A DNA stretch of 64,000 nt. It comes from an uncultured Granulicatella sp. GTDB lineage: Bacteria > Bacillota > Bacilli > Lactobacillales > Aerococcaceae. Below the pieces are notes generated by a model, which saw only the letters and a list, made by a program, of their open reading frames with translations, made no database searches and was not told where the DNA came from. Shown piece by piece: positions 1 through 9,634 of this stretch. Numbering within the stretch: the stretch's first letter is position 1; every line of letters starts with the position of its first letter. The translations under genes and the position numbers were made by a program. The stretch is from contig CAURER010000006.1 of NCBI GenBank assembly GCA_963523795.1, positions 218 through 64,217 of the forward strand, read 5' to 3'.

Positions 1-609
1 CATCATCCAAGCTGCCATTTTCCCTCTAGCTTTTTTTGAAATAATAGAATGTTGTTTTAACTTTCCTTCTTTTTTCTCATAAAAGTCAATATTTACCCAT
101 TCATAATCTCTTTGATTTAATAAAGTAGAAAACTCACTACTTGCTAGATTGATGACACATTCCCCTTTTTCAAAAGATGTGGTTATTTTTTCTTTCCAAT
201 ATTTTTTTAACGTTAGTCCTTCAACCTTTAAATTCATTGTTAAATCTAATCGGTACGGTTTCACACATTCCTCTGGACTGATTGCACCATATAACGCTGA
301 AAGAATCCGAATATGTTTCACTGCATAATCTCGATGTTCATTCCAATCGGCTACTTGTTTAAAACTACGAAATGCTAACCCTTGATATAAATCCATCGCA
401 TGATAAGTGACACTTTCTTGGAAGTTTTGGATTTTTACCCAATTTTCTTCTAACAAAGCATCACTCACTTTTAACAACTGTTGCAACTCTTCTTTAGTTA
501 TAGTCATTAATTTAGATACAATCGCTTGACTATCTTGTGTTAATTCCCAATCTTTTTGTACAGGCAAATCTGTCGCCATTTCTTTTGCAGGAGACATAAT
601 AATTTTCAT
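1..609 (-). CDS. yaaA: Peroxide stress protein YaaA (UPF0246/DUF328), C-terminus cut by window edge
   Basis: Absent from the ORF track because it runs off the window. My reverse translation from ATG (comp. 607-609) reads MKIIMSPAKEMATDLPVQKDWEL...DLYQGLAFRSF...RILSALYG. The MKII-SPAK-M start is typical of the YaaA family. SD-like AAGGAAGG lies upstream. Confidence 0.8.
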   Translation of the reverse strand, partial: MKIIMSPAKEMATDLPVQKDWELTQDSQAIVSKLMTITKEELQQLLKVSDALLEENWVKIQNFQESVTYHAMDLYQGLAFRSFKQVADWNEHRDYAVKHIRILSALYGAISPEECVKPYRLDLTMNLKVEGLTLKKYWKEKITTSFEKGECVINLASSEFSTLLNQRDYEWVNIDFYEKKEGKLKQHSIISKKARGKMAAWMM

Positions 610-649
610 TGAATCTTCCTTCCTTTTTTAATTTCTTTTATTTTAACCT

Positions 650-689
650 AAAAAAGAAGCAAGAAACAACTCACATCATTTCTCGCTTC
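650..689 (-). terminator. Intrinsic terminator after glgP
   Basis: 11-bp stem (656-666 / 679-689; the one non-Watson-Crick position is G-U on the minus-strand RNA) followed by a U-run on the minus strand (A-run 650-655). Confidence 0.7.
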
Positions 690-709
690 TTTATTAATAT
701 TTCATTTTA

Positions 710-2971
710 CTATTTTAATTTCCAAATATCACGGTTGTAGTCTGCAATTGTACGGTCACTTGAGAAGAAACCAGCCATTGCAATATTTGTAATTACTTTT
801 GCAATCCAATTTTCACGATCGTGATAATCTACTAACATACGTTCTTTTGTTTGGATATAGTCTTCTAAGTCTAATAAAGTCATGAACCAGTCTTTATTTC
901 TTAATTCATTGAATAATCTTTCTAGACGTTCTTTATTTCCTAACGATACTAAACTATCACTTACGATAAAGTCTACTAATGGACGAATCGCTTCTCTTTC
1001 ATAGTATGAGTATGAATGGTAATCACTATTTTCATAATGTTTAATAACAGTGTCGCTATCTTCACCAAAGACATAAATGTTTTCATCCCCAACTAATTCG
1101 TGAATTTCCACATTTGCTCCGTCTAATGTTCCTAATGTTAACGCACCATTTAACATGAATTTCATATTACCTGTTCCACTTGCTTCTTTTGAAGCTAATG
1201 AAATTTGTTCAGAAATATCTGCTGCAGGAATTAAGTGAGTTGCTGCAGTAACATTGTAGTTTTCTACCATTACCACTTGTAAGTGTGGACTTACTTCTGG
1301 GTCATTCGCAATTAATTCAGATAAACATAAAATTAAATGAATAATATCTTGCGCAATCACATATGCAGGAGCAGCTTTTCCTCCAAAGATAATTGTAATT
1401 GGTTTTGCAGGAATGTTTCCATTTTTAATATCTAAATATTTGTAAATCACATATAACGCATTCATTTGTTGACGTTTGTATTCATGCATACGTTTAATTT
1501 GTACGTCAAAAATTGAATCTTCTTTCACAGTTACACCTTGGTGCTCTTGTAAGAAGTGTTTCAAACGTAATTTATTATTACGTTTAATGCCTTTTAAGGC
1601 TTCTTGGAATTCTAAATCATGTGTATGAGCTTTTAATGCTTCTAATTTAGTTGCATCATAACGATACTCTTTCCCAATTGTACGATCTAATAATTTTGCT
1701 AATTCTGGGTTAGCATGCAATAACCAACGACGGAAAGTAATTCCGTTTGTTTTGTTGTTAAATTTCTCTGGATAAATTTCATAGAAATTCTTCAATTCGC
1801 TTTGTTTTAAAATTTCTGTATGCAACGCAGCTACACCATTCACGCTATATCCATAGTGAATATCCATATTCGCCATATGAACACGATTATGTTCATCAAT
1901 AATGGCTACACTTGCATCATCAAATTGATTTCTTACACGAGCATCTAATTCTTTAATAATTGGCACTAAGTGTGGCACTACTTGTTCTAAGTAATGTAAA
2001 GGCCATTTTTCTAAAGCTTCTGCTAAAATTGTGTGGTTTGTATAAGCTGTCATTGAACGAACAATTTCAACTGCTTCATCAAATTCAATTCCACGTTCAC
2101 CTAATAAACGAATTAATTCAGGAATTACCATTGATGGGTGAGTATCATTAATTTGAACAGTTGCATATTCTGCTAAGTCGTGTAAGTTACTACCTTTAGC
2201 AACTGCTTCATCTAATAATAATTGAGCTCCATTACTTACCATGAAGTATTGTTGGTAAATACGTAATAATTCACCTTGCTCATCACTATCATCTGGGTAT
2301 AAGAATAATGTTAAGTTTTCAGCAATTTTTGTTTTATCAAATGCAATTGAATCATCATGAACTAAAGACTCATCAATTGTATCTACATCAAATAAATGTA
2401 ATTGGTTTTTATGAGATTGTTCATACCCTAAAACATCAATATTGAACATTTTTGATTTCAATGTAAAGTTTGCAAATGGTACTTCATATGAAACATCAGT
2501 TGGAACTAACCAGCTATCTGGAGTTAACCATTGATTTGGTACTGCGTTTTGTTGATTATCTTTAAATTTTTGTTCAAATAAACCAAAGTGATAATTTAAT
2601 CCAACACCATCCCCTGGTAAACCAAGAGTTGCAATAGAATCTAAGAAGCAAGCTGCTAAACGACCTAATCCACCGTTTCCTAATGATGGTTCTAATTCAA
2701 TTTCTTCGATTTCTGCTAAAGTATGTCCCTCAGCTTCTAATTCTTCTTTTACTTCATCATAAATTCCTAAGTTAATTAAATTATTAGATAGTAATTTACC
2801 AATTAAAAATTCTGCAGAAATGTAATAAACTTTTTTCTTTCCTTCATTTACTGGTAATGCTGCACTTTTCTCTTTTGTATAATGTAATAAAGCTACATAT
2901 ACTTCTTCCTTTGAACATTCTCCTAATGATTTTTGGTAGTTACTTTCTACATATTGTTTTAATGTTTGCAT
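710..2971 (-). CDS. glgP: Alpha-glucan (glycogen/maltodextrin) phosphorylase, GT35
   Basis: 753 aa. Motifs [19 protein letters not shown] and the PLP-lysine region [38 protein letters not shown] before the ATG. Directly downstream of malQ. Confidence 0.93.
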   Translation of the reverse strand: MQTLKQYVESNYQKSLGECSKEEVYVALLHYTKEKSAALPVNEGKKKVYYISAEFLIGKLLSNNLINLGIYDEVKEELEAEGHTLAEIEEIELEPSLGNGGLGRLAACFLDSIATLGLPGDGVGLNYHFGLFEQKFKDNQQNAVPNQWLTPDSWLVPTDVSYEVPFANFTLKSKMFNIDVLGYEQSHKNQLHLFDVDTIDESLVHDDSIAFDKTKIAENLTLFLYPDDSDEQGELLRIYQQYFMVSNGAQLLLDEAVAKGSNLHDLAEYATVQINDTHPSMVIPELIRLLGERGIEFDEAVEIVRSMTAYTNHTILAEALEKWPLHYLEQVVPHLVPIIKELDARVRNQFDDASVAIIDEHNRVHMANMDIHYGYSVNGVAALHTEILKQSELKNFYEIYPEKFNNKTNGITFRRWLLHANPELAKLLDRTIGKEYRYDATKLEALKAHTHDLEFQEALKGIKRNNKLRLKHFLQEHQGVTVKEDSIFDVQIKRMHEYKRQQMNALYVIYKYLDIKNGNIPAKPITIIFGGKAAPAYVIAQDIIHLILCLSELIANDPEVSPHLQVVMVENYNVTAATHLIPAADISEQISLASKEASGTGNMKFMLNGALTLGTLDGANVEIHELVGDENIYVFGEDSDTVIKHYENSDYHSYSYYEREAIRPLVDFIVSDSLVSLGNKERLERLFNELRNKDWFMTLLDLEDYIQTKERMLVDYHDRENWIAKVITNIAMAGFFSSDRTIADYNRDIWKLK

Positions 2972-2996
2972 TGTTTTCTCCTTCTACTTGTTAACC

Positions 2997-4493
2997 CTAC
3001 AACTGTTCGTTTGAACGATCATATAATTCTGTAATCTCTAATAGGAAATCTTCCACTTCTTGTGTAATATCTCCTTCTTGCATTCTCCACACCCAATTTC
3101 CACCAAGAGTGCTTGGAATATTCATACGAGCTGTTGTATCCAATTGTAATAAATCTTGCATCGTTGCAATAGTCATCTTACTTACAGAACCATATAAACT
3201 TCTTAATAATGCGTAACTAATTGGCTCATCTGTACGATTTAAATAACGATTACAGAAATCACGTTCTTCATCTGTTGCAGATTCATACCAGCCTAAAACT
3301 GTATCATTATCATGCGTTCCCGTATAAGAAACAGAGTTTACCGGATAATAATGTGGTAAATCTGTGCTACTTGGTTCTGCTCCCATAAATCCAAATTCTA
3401 AAATTTTCATTCCTGGGAATCCTGTCGCTTCACGCAATTCAATAACCGCATCATCCATAAATCCTAAATCCTCGGCGATAATTGGTAAATCTCCAAGTTC
3501 ATTTTTCACTGCTTCAAATAAGTCAAAACCTGGACCTTTTACCCATTCACCACCAGTAGCATCTGTTGCACCTGCTGGAATTTCCCAGTAAGCTGCAAAT
3601 CCTCGGAAGTGGTCAATTCTAACTACATCAAACAATTCAAAGCTTGCTTTCAATCGTTTAATCCACCAAGTAAAGCCATCTAATTTCATCGTTCTCCAAT
3701 TATAAATTGGATTTCCCCATAATTGTCCTAATGGTGAGAAACTATCTGGTGGACATCCCGCTACACAAGCCGCATTACCAACTTCATCTGTTTTGAAGTA
3801 GTGAGGTGTTGCCCACATTTCAACGCTGTCTTCTGCAACATAAATTGGCATATCTCCAATAATTTGGATATGGTGTTCATTCGCATATTTTTTCAAGGCT
3901 TTCCATTGTTTATCAAATAAATATTGAGTGACACGATGATATTCTAATTTATCCGCTAATTTTTCACGGTAGTTTGCTAAAGCTTCTGGATGACGACGTT
4001 TGATTTCTTCATCCGTCCAATTAGTCCAACTCTTCATATCGAAGCTTTCTTTAATCGCCATATATTCTGCAAATGGTTCTAACCACTCTGCTTTTTCTTC
4101 CACAAAACGATGGTAATCCGTTAAATCTTCTTTTTCTAAGAAACGTTGAACGACTTTTTCTAAAATAGGTCTTCTCTTTTCATAAATTAAAGCATAATCA
4201 ACAGTTGTAGAATCTTCTCCCCAATTACCTGTTAATTCTTCTTCATTTAATAAACCTTCCTGAACAAATAGATCTAAATCTAAAAAATGTGTATTTCCAG
4301 CAAATGCTGAAAAAGATTGATATGGAGAATCTCCATAACTTGTTGTTCCTAATGGAAGAATTTGCCAATAAGTTTGTTTGCTACGTACTAAAAAATCTAC
4401 AAAATCATAAGCAGATTTTCCAAATGAACCAATTCCATATTTCCCCGGCAAAGAAGAAATATGCATTAACACACCAGATTGTCTTTCTTTCAT
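2997..4493 (-). CDS. malQ: 4-alpha-glucanotransferase (amylomaltase), GH77
   Basis: 498 aa. SGVLMHISSLPGKYGIG start, then VRIDHFRGF, IAEDLG and TGTHDNDT motifs of GH77. Confidence 0.93.
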   Translation of the reverse strand: MKERQSGVLMHISSLPGKYGIGSFGKSAYDFVDFLVRSKQTYWQILPLGTTSYGDSPYQSFSAFAGNTHFLDLDLFVQEGLLNEEELTGNWGEDSTTVDYALIYEKRRPILEKVVQRFLEKEDLTDYHRFVEEKAEWLEPFAEYMAIKESFDMKSWTNWTDEEIKRRHPEALANYREKLADKLEYHRVTQYLFDKQWKALKKYANEHHIQIIGDMPIYVAEDSVEMWATPHYFKTDEVGNAACVAGCPPDSFSPLGQLWGNPIYNWRTMKLDGFTWWIKRLKASFELFDVVRIDHFRGFAAYWEIPAGATDATGGEWVKGPGFDLFEAVKNELGDLPIIAEDLGFMDDAVIELREATGFPGMKILEFGFMGAEPSSTDLPHYYPVNSVSYTGTHDNDTVLGWYESATDEERDFCNRYLNRTDEPISYALLRSLYGSVSKMTIATMQDLLQLDTTARMNIPSTLGGNWVWRMQEGDITQEVEDFLLEITELYDRSNEQL

Positions 4494-4550
4494 AAAAATA
4501 TTACCCTCTTTTCTTTATCCATCTAATTGGGTACGTAAATTCAAAACTTA

Positions 4551-4563
4551 CGCAACCGTTTGC
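4551..4563. promoter_or_regulatory. LacI/MalR-type palindromic operator (CGCAACCGTTTGC) at the malQ-glgP promoter
   Basis: 10/12 palindrome GCAACCGTTTGC centred on CG. It lies just downstream (minus sense) of the minus-strand promoter TTGCTT-17-TAGTAT (comp. 4568-4596). Confidence 0.6.
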
Positions 4564-4567
4564 TTTA

Positions 4568-4596
4568 ATACTATTAGAAAAAAAATAAAAAAGCAA
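4568..4596 (-). promoter_or_regulatory. Sigma-A type promoter for malQ-glgP
   Basis: Minus strand: TTGCTT (comp. 4591-4596), 17-nt spacer, TAGTAT (comp. 4568-4573). Confidence 0.55.
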
Positions 4597-4707
4597 GTAA
4601 AATTTCAAATTTTTATAAAAACATTTTTTAAAAGAAAACGCTTATAATACCGACTTTTTACCTATTAATAAATATAGCTTTATAAATAAACAAAATACCG
4701 TTTAAAA

Positions 4708-4721
4708 TGTAACCGCTAAAA
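4708..4721. promoter_or_regulatory. cre-like (CcpA) box TGTAACCGCTAAAA
   Basis: One mismatch to TGWNANCGNTNWCA (position 13 is A, not C). About 30 bp upstream of the -35 of the sugar ABC operon promoter. Confidence 0.4.
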
Positions 4722-4748
4722 TTTTTTAAAAAATTTATAAAAAAAGTC

Positions 4749-4804
4749 TTGCAAACGATTTCCAAAAGAGGTATACTAAAGCCAGTTAAGAAATCGTTTG
4801 CGTT
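4749..4804 (+). promoter_or_regulatory. Promoter of the sugar ABC operon, bracketed by two inverted operator copies
   Basis: TTGCAA (4749-4754), 17 nt, TATACT (4772-4777). GCAAACGATTTC (4751-4762) is the exact reverse complement of GAAATCGTTTGC (4790-4801). Both share the GCAAACG core with the malQ operator. Confidence 0.65.
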
Positions 4805-4835
4805 AACTGAATATATCTCAAGGGAGGAAAAAATA

Positions 4836-6137
4836 ATGGCAAACACTTGGATTAAAAAATCATTCGTTGTTGGTTTAGCTGGTTTAGCATTAGCAGCTTG
4901 CGGCAGCAAATCATCAGACTCTTCAAAAGGAGGCTCTTCTGAAAGCAAAAAAGAATTCACTTTATATAGTAACAAGAGTGAAATTCAAGATGCCTTAACA
5001 GCATACGCTAAAGAATGGGGCGACAAAAACGGAGTTACAGTAAACATTAAAACATGTTCTGGTTCATGTAAAATTTCAGATCAATTAAAAACTGAATTTA
5101 CTGCTGGGACTGCTCCAGACGTATTCGTAATCGAAGGACAAGCTGGATACGACTTATGGAAAGATAACTTACAACCACTTAAAGGTGACTGGATTGATAA
5201 AACAGAATTCGAATTCAAACAAGGAAACGATGTTTACGGATTCCCAGTAGCTGTTGAAGGTTACGGTTTAGCTTACAATAAAGAAGTATTATCTAAAGCT
5301 GGTATTGACCCTGCTTCATTAACTTCATTTGATGCAGTTCAAAAAGCAATGGATACATTAGAAAGCAAAAAAGATGAATTAGGTTTATCTACAGTAGTAG
5401 CAACTGCTACTAAAGAAGGTGAAACTTGGATCATGGGTATCCACGACTTCGCTGCTTACTTAAGTTCTGGTTTACCAAACGGAGACCGTACAGTTACTCA
5501 ACAAGTAGTTAAAGGTGAAACTGACAAAGCTCGTTTATCTAACTATGCTGACTGGGTTGAATTATTATTCAAACATACAGAGAAAAAATTATTAACTGTT
5601 GGTACTCAAGAAGATATGGACTCTGCATTTGCTAGTGGTAAAGCAGCATTCTTACACCAAGGTAACTGGAAAGATCCTAACTTAAAACAATTAAACGCTA
5701 AATTCGAAATGGGATTCATCCCTTATCAAACTTTAGGAAAAGACAAAAATGCTGATGGATTATTCATCGGTGCTCCATCTTACTATGTAGTTAACAAAGA
5801 CACTAAAGCTTTAGATTCAATCAACAAATTCTTTGCTGACTTAGTTGATACTAAAGAAGGTCAAGATTACACAGTAAACAAAGCTAACATGATTTCAGCA
5901 TTCTCTACTTCTAAAGAAATGCCTAGCGCTCCATTATCTAAATTCTTAGCTGAATGGGTTGCTGCTAAAAAACCAGTTTACTCATTTGATAACCCATACT
6001 TCATGCCTGACAACTTCTTAATGGGTAAATTAGGACCAATCTTCGGACAATACGCTCAAGGTTCAATCGACAAAGCTAAATTCCAAGAATTGATCACAAA
6101 TCAAATCAAAGAAGTACCAAGCTTACTTCAAAAATAA
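4836..6137 (+). CDS. Sugar (probably maltodextrin/oligosaccharide) ABC transporter substrate-binding lipoprotein
   Basis: Start reset to ATG 4836 (SD AGGGAGG 4821-4827); the track start 4749 coincides with the promoter -35 hexamer. MANTWIKKSFVVGLAGLALAAC-GS lipobox. Family-1 solute-binding protein. Substrate is inferred only from the mal context. Confidence 0.85.
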   Translation: MANTWIKKSFVVGLAGLALAACGSKSSDSSKGGSSESKKEFTLYSNKSEIQDALTAYAKEWGDKNGVTVNIKTCSGSCKISDQLKTEFTAGTAPDVFVIEGQAGYDLWKDNLQPLKGDWIDKTEFEFKQGNDVYGFPVAVEGYGLAYNKEVLSKAGIDPASLTSFDAVQKAMDTLESKKDELGLSTVVATATKEGETWIMGIHDFAAYLSSGLPNGDRTVTQQVVKGETDKARLSNYADWVELLFKHTEKKLLTVGTQEDMDSAFASGKAAFLHQGNWKDPNLKQLNAKFEMGFIPYQTLGKDKNADGLFIGAPSYYVVNKDTKALDSINKFFADLVDTKEGQDYTVNKANMISAFSTSKEMPSAPLSKFLAEWVAAKKPVYSFDNPYFMPDNFLMGKLGPIFGQYAQGSIDKAKFQELITNQIKEVPSLLQK

Positions 6138-6158
6138 CAATTAAGTATGTAACACAGG

Positions 6159-6197
6159 CCCACAACTACTTACAACGGTCGTTGTGGGTTTGCTGTT
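6159..6197 (+). terminator. Intra-operon hairpin/partial terminator after the binding-protein gene
   Basis: CCCACAAC (6159-6166) pairs with GTTGTGGG (6181-6188), followed by TTTGCTGTTATT. Confidence 0.5.
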
Positions 6198-6236
6198 ATT
6201 AATACCTCATCGATACATAAAAGGAGGAACCCTAAC

Positions 6237-7163
6237 ATGTCTAAGAATAAAAAAGCTCTTAGTCGTGACGATCGCGCAAGACGTACGTTTTACTGGCTTG
6301 TGCTACCGGCATTTATCATTTTCGCACTCGTAATTATTGTACCTTTCTTCTTAGGTTTCTACTATTCTCTAACAGACTGGAAGAGTGTTACTCAAACTAA
6401 AATTAACTTTGTTGGATTAAAAAACTTTACAGACAGCTTTGCTGATACTCGTTTCCAATATTCATTAATGATTACTGTTATTTTCGCATTATTTAACGTA
6501 GTCGTTGTAAACTTTGTATCATTCGGTTTAGCTTTACTAGTAGCTAGTAAAATTAAATTCAGTGAAATTTTCAGAGCTGGATTCTTTATTCCTAACCTTA
6601 TCGGGGGACTTGTATTAGGGTATATCTGGCAATTCATTTATAACTCAGTATTCCCTGCTTTAGGTTCAGCTATTGGTAGTCAATTCTTAGTAGATAATCT
6701 ATTTTTAGGTGACGTTAAATTAGCAGTATTAGCTTTAATTATTACGAACACATGGCAATATGCTGGTTATATTATGATGATTTACTTTGCTGCATTACAA
6801 AATGTACCTTCAAGTTTAGTAGAATCTGCTTCTCTTGATGGTGCAAATGCTTTACAAAGATTAAGACATATTATTATTCCTATGGTAATGCCTGCATTTA
6901 CGGTATCACTATTCTTAACGATTACAAACTCATTTAAAATTTTCGATGTAAACTTCTCACTTACTGGTGGTGGTCCATCTCTATTATGGCATGATAAAGC
7001 TATCCAAAGTACAGAGTTTATTACAATGAATATTTATAACACTGCTTCTGGAGACAACTTAATGGCACAAGGACAAGCTCGTGCAGTTATTTTATTCTTC
7101 ATCTTAGTAATTATCAGTGTTGTTCAAACTTCAATCACTAAACGGAAGGAGATTGACTTATAA
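6237..7163 (+). CDS. Sugar ABC transporter permease (MalF-like)
   Basis: 308 aa, multi-TM, EAA loop ESASLDGANALQRLRHIIIPM. SD AAAGGAGGAA. Confidence 0.9.
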   Translation: MSKNKKALSRDDRARRTFYWLVLPAFIIFALVIIVPFFLGFYYSLTDWKSVTQTKINFVGLKNFTDSFADTRFQYSLMITVIFALFNVVVVNFVSFGLALLVASKIKFSEIFRAGFFIPNLIGGLVLGYIWQFIYNSVFPALGSAIGSQFLVDNLFLGDVKLAVLALIITNTWQYAGYIMMIYFAALQNVPSSLVESASLDGANALQRLRHIIIPMVMPAFTVSLFLTITNSFKIFDVNFSLTGGGPSLLWHDKAIQSTEFITMNIYNTASGDNLMAQGQARAVILFFILVIISVVQTSITKRKEIDL

Positions 7164-8038
7164 TGAAAAACCAAAAACTCGGCTTGTTACTTTTAGAAAT
7201 TTTTGGAGCTGTTTTATTCTTATTATTCTTAAGCCCAATCTTTTTATTAGTGATTAACTCAGCTAAAAGTTCTGCCGAAATCTTGGCTAGCCCATTATCA
7301 TGGCCTGCAAGTTTCGGTCAACTATGGACAAATGCGGTAACAATTTGGAATAATCCTTCCATTAAATACCCATCATCATTTTTTGCTTCAACAATTATTA
7401 CAGTGATTTCATTAGTAACGATTACATTATTCTCAGCATTAGCTGCTTGGGGATTAGTTCGTTACCGTTCTAAACTATCAACTGTTGTATTCTTTATCTT
7501 TGTAGCATCAATGGTAATTCCTTTCCAAGTTGTAATGTATCCATTAGTAACTTGGTTCAAAATTTTAAGTGATACAATTACAAATCCTTTATTCGGATTT
7601 AGCTTATTACGTACTTATCCTGGTATCATCTTTGCTTACACTGGATTTGGAATGTCTCTATCTGTATTCATGTTCCACGGCTTCATTAAAGGTGTTCCAC
7701 TTGAAATCGAAGAAGCAGCTGAATTAGATGGATGTAATAAAATGCAAACATTCTTCTATGTTGTATTACCAATTTTAAAACCAATCTATGTAACAATTTT
7801 AATCTTAAATGGTATTTGGATTTGGAACGACTTCTTATTACCACTATTATTATTAGGTAAAGGAAATGCGATTCAAACACTTCCAATCGCAGTATCTAAC
7901 TTTGCAGGATCATTTACAAAACAATGGGATATGATTTTAACATCAACTCTATTAATTATGTTACCAGTCATCATCCTATTCTTAATTGCTCAAAAACATA
8001 TCATGAAAGGTATGGTTGATGGAGCTATCAAATCTTAA
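7163..8038 (+). CDS. Sugar ABC transporter permease (MalG-like)
   Basis: 291 aa, EAA loop EEAAELDGCNKMQTFFYVVLPI. ATG overlaps the upstream stop (TAATG), consistent with translational coupling. Confidence 0.9.
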   Translation: MKNQKLGLLLLEIFGAVLFLLFLSPIFLLVINSAKSSAEILASPLSWPASFGQLWTNAVTIWNNPSIKYPSSFFASTIITVISLVTITLFSALAAWGLVRYRSKLSTVVFFIFVASMVIPFQVVMYPLVTWFKILSDTITNPLFGFSLLRTYPGIIFAYTGFGMSLSVFMFHGFIKGVPLEIEEAAELDGCNKMQTFFYVVLPILKPIYVTILILNGIWIWNDFLLPLLLLGKGNAIQTLPIAVSNFAGSFTKQWDMILTSTLLIMLPVIILFLIAQKHIMKGMVDGAIKS

Positions 8039-8050
8039 GATGATTATTAC

Positions 8051-8090
8051 TCTGGGCTGGTTAACATTGTTTTCCTGCCCAGATTTTTTT
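8051..8090 (+). terminator. Intrinsic terminator after the ABC permease genes
   Basis: Stem 8051-8060 / 8074-8083 (one mismatch) followed by a T-run at 8084-8090. Confidence 0.75.
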
Positions 8091-8117
8091 ATATTCACAC
8101 AAAAAAGGAGAATTTAA

Positions 8118-9101
8118 ATGGCTGTCACCATTAAAGATGTTGCTCGACTGGCTGAAGTATCACCTTCAACTGTTACCCGTGTCATTCAAGATAAATCAAG
8201 TATTAGTGAAGCAACTAAAAAAAGAGTACGCCAAGCAATGGAGGCTCTTAATTACCATCCTAATTTCAATGCTCGAAGCTTGGCTAGCAATAAAACCAAT
8301 GTCATCGGTGTCGTTCTACCAAGAGATACGGATGCATTTTATCAAAACTCTTTCTTCCCAGAAGTTATTCGAGGGATTTCTCAAATTGCCGCAGATCATC
8401 ATTATTTGATTCAATTATGTACAGGCAAAGACGACGAACAGCGTTTAAAAATTTTAAAAGACACCATTTTAGGGAGACGTGTTGACGGAATTATATTTCT
8501 TTACGGGGAAACAGACGATCCATTAGTGGAATTAGCAATTGAACAAGAATTCCCTAGTGTCGTAATCGGAAAATCTTTATCACCCTTTATTTCATTTGTC
8601 GATAATAATAATGAAAAAGCTGGATTCGATGCAACTGAATATATGATAAAAGAAGGATGTTCTTCTATTGCATTGATTAGCGGACGTCATCAATTATTCG
8701 TTTCGCAAGATCGTTTAATTGGGTATAAGAAAGCACTCGAACATTATGCTATTCCTATTAAAGAAGGATTAATATCTCATGTTGGGGAATTTACGAGAGA
8801 ACGTGGCTATCAAACGATGAAGAGTATTATCGAACGAGAAACCATCGATGGAGTTGTAACAACCGATGCTTTAATTACAGAAGGAGCTCTTAGATACTTA
8901 AATGAGAATCAAATTTCTGTTCCAGTTCTAACATTTGACTCCAACCCCCCACTACTTCCAATGACTGCATATGTTAATATTCATACATTGGAACTTGGTA
9001 GAAGTGCCTTTCAAATGTTATTAAAAGTCATCGATTCTTATAACAACAAGCAAATAATGTGTTATCGTACATTTGTTGAACATTCTATCATTAGACTATA
9101 A
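8118..9101 (+). CDS. LacI family transcriptional regulator (MalR-like)
   Basis: 327 aa. N-terminal HTH MAVTIKDVARLAEVSPSTVTRVI, then a periplasmic-binding-protein-like core. Adjacent to the mal genes and to the CG-centred palindromes. Confidence 0.88.
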   Translation: MAVTIKDVARLAEVSPSTVTRVIQDKSSISEATKKRVRQAMEALNYHPNFNARSLASNKTNVIGVVLPRDTDAFYQNSFFPEVIRGISQIAADHHYLIQLCTGKDDEQRLKILKDTILGRRVDGIIFLYGETDDPLVELAIEQEFPSVVIGKSLSPFISFVDNNNEKAGFDATEYMIKEGCSSIALISGRHQLFVSQDRLIGYKKALEHYAIPIKEGLISHVGEFTRERGYQTMKSIIERETIDGVVTTDALITEGALRYLNENQISVPVLTFDSNPPLLPMTAYVNIHTLELGRSAFQMLLKVIDSYNNKQIMCYRTFVEHSIIRL

Positions 9102-9104
9102 AAA

Positions 9105-9139
9105 TAAGCATGAAAGTTATTTTGGGCTTTCATGCTTAT
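9105..9139. terminator. Bidirectional hairpin terminator between convergent genes
   Basis: ATAAGCATGAAAG (9105-9117) pairs with CTTTCATGCTTAT (9127-9139); T-run on plus after it, A-run before it. Confidence 0.75.
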
Positions 9140-9145
9140 TTGTTT

Positions 9146-9502
9146 TTAAAAGAATAACGATATTAATGTCAAAATTGCTATCCCATCTTGTTTTAAAAGA
9201 ATCATTTTATCACTCGTTACACTACCATATAATGCTACTAAAATGATATATGCTAATAAAAAAACAAGCCAAGTAATACTCGGAATCACATAAATAGAGA
9301 TTAGGATTAAAACTCCAATTAACCCATTATAAACTCCTTGATTTTTAAATAATGTAGTGACTGACGGACGTCTTAATTCTTCTTCTTCCATTTTAAAAAC
9401 TCGTGCTGTACTAGCAGATACCGTAGCAACTGTTTCTAAGTAAAAAATATAAAAGAATTCTATAGCTACTAAAGTTCCTAAAATTGTTGTTATCATTGAC
9501 AT
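9146..9502 (-). CDS. DUF1304-family small membrane protein
   Basis: 118 aa, 4 TM, FKNQGVYNGLIG motif as I recall for DUF1304. SD GGAGGA. Confidence 0.55.
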   Translation of the reverse strand: MSMITTILGTLVAIEFFYIFYLETVATVSASTARVFKMEEEELRRPSVTTLFKNQGVYNGLIGVLILISIYVIPSITWLVFLLAYIILVALYGSVTSDKMILLKQDGIAILTLISLFF

Positions 9503-9634
9503 TATAAATCCTCCAATATATCTAATTTTATTAATTTTATTATATTAAACATGACGATAACCATTGTCAATCATTCTGTTTTTTTGATAAAATAGTATCA
9601 ATTCAAATAAGGAGAAAGATAATAAAACTTTATT

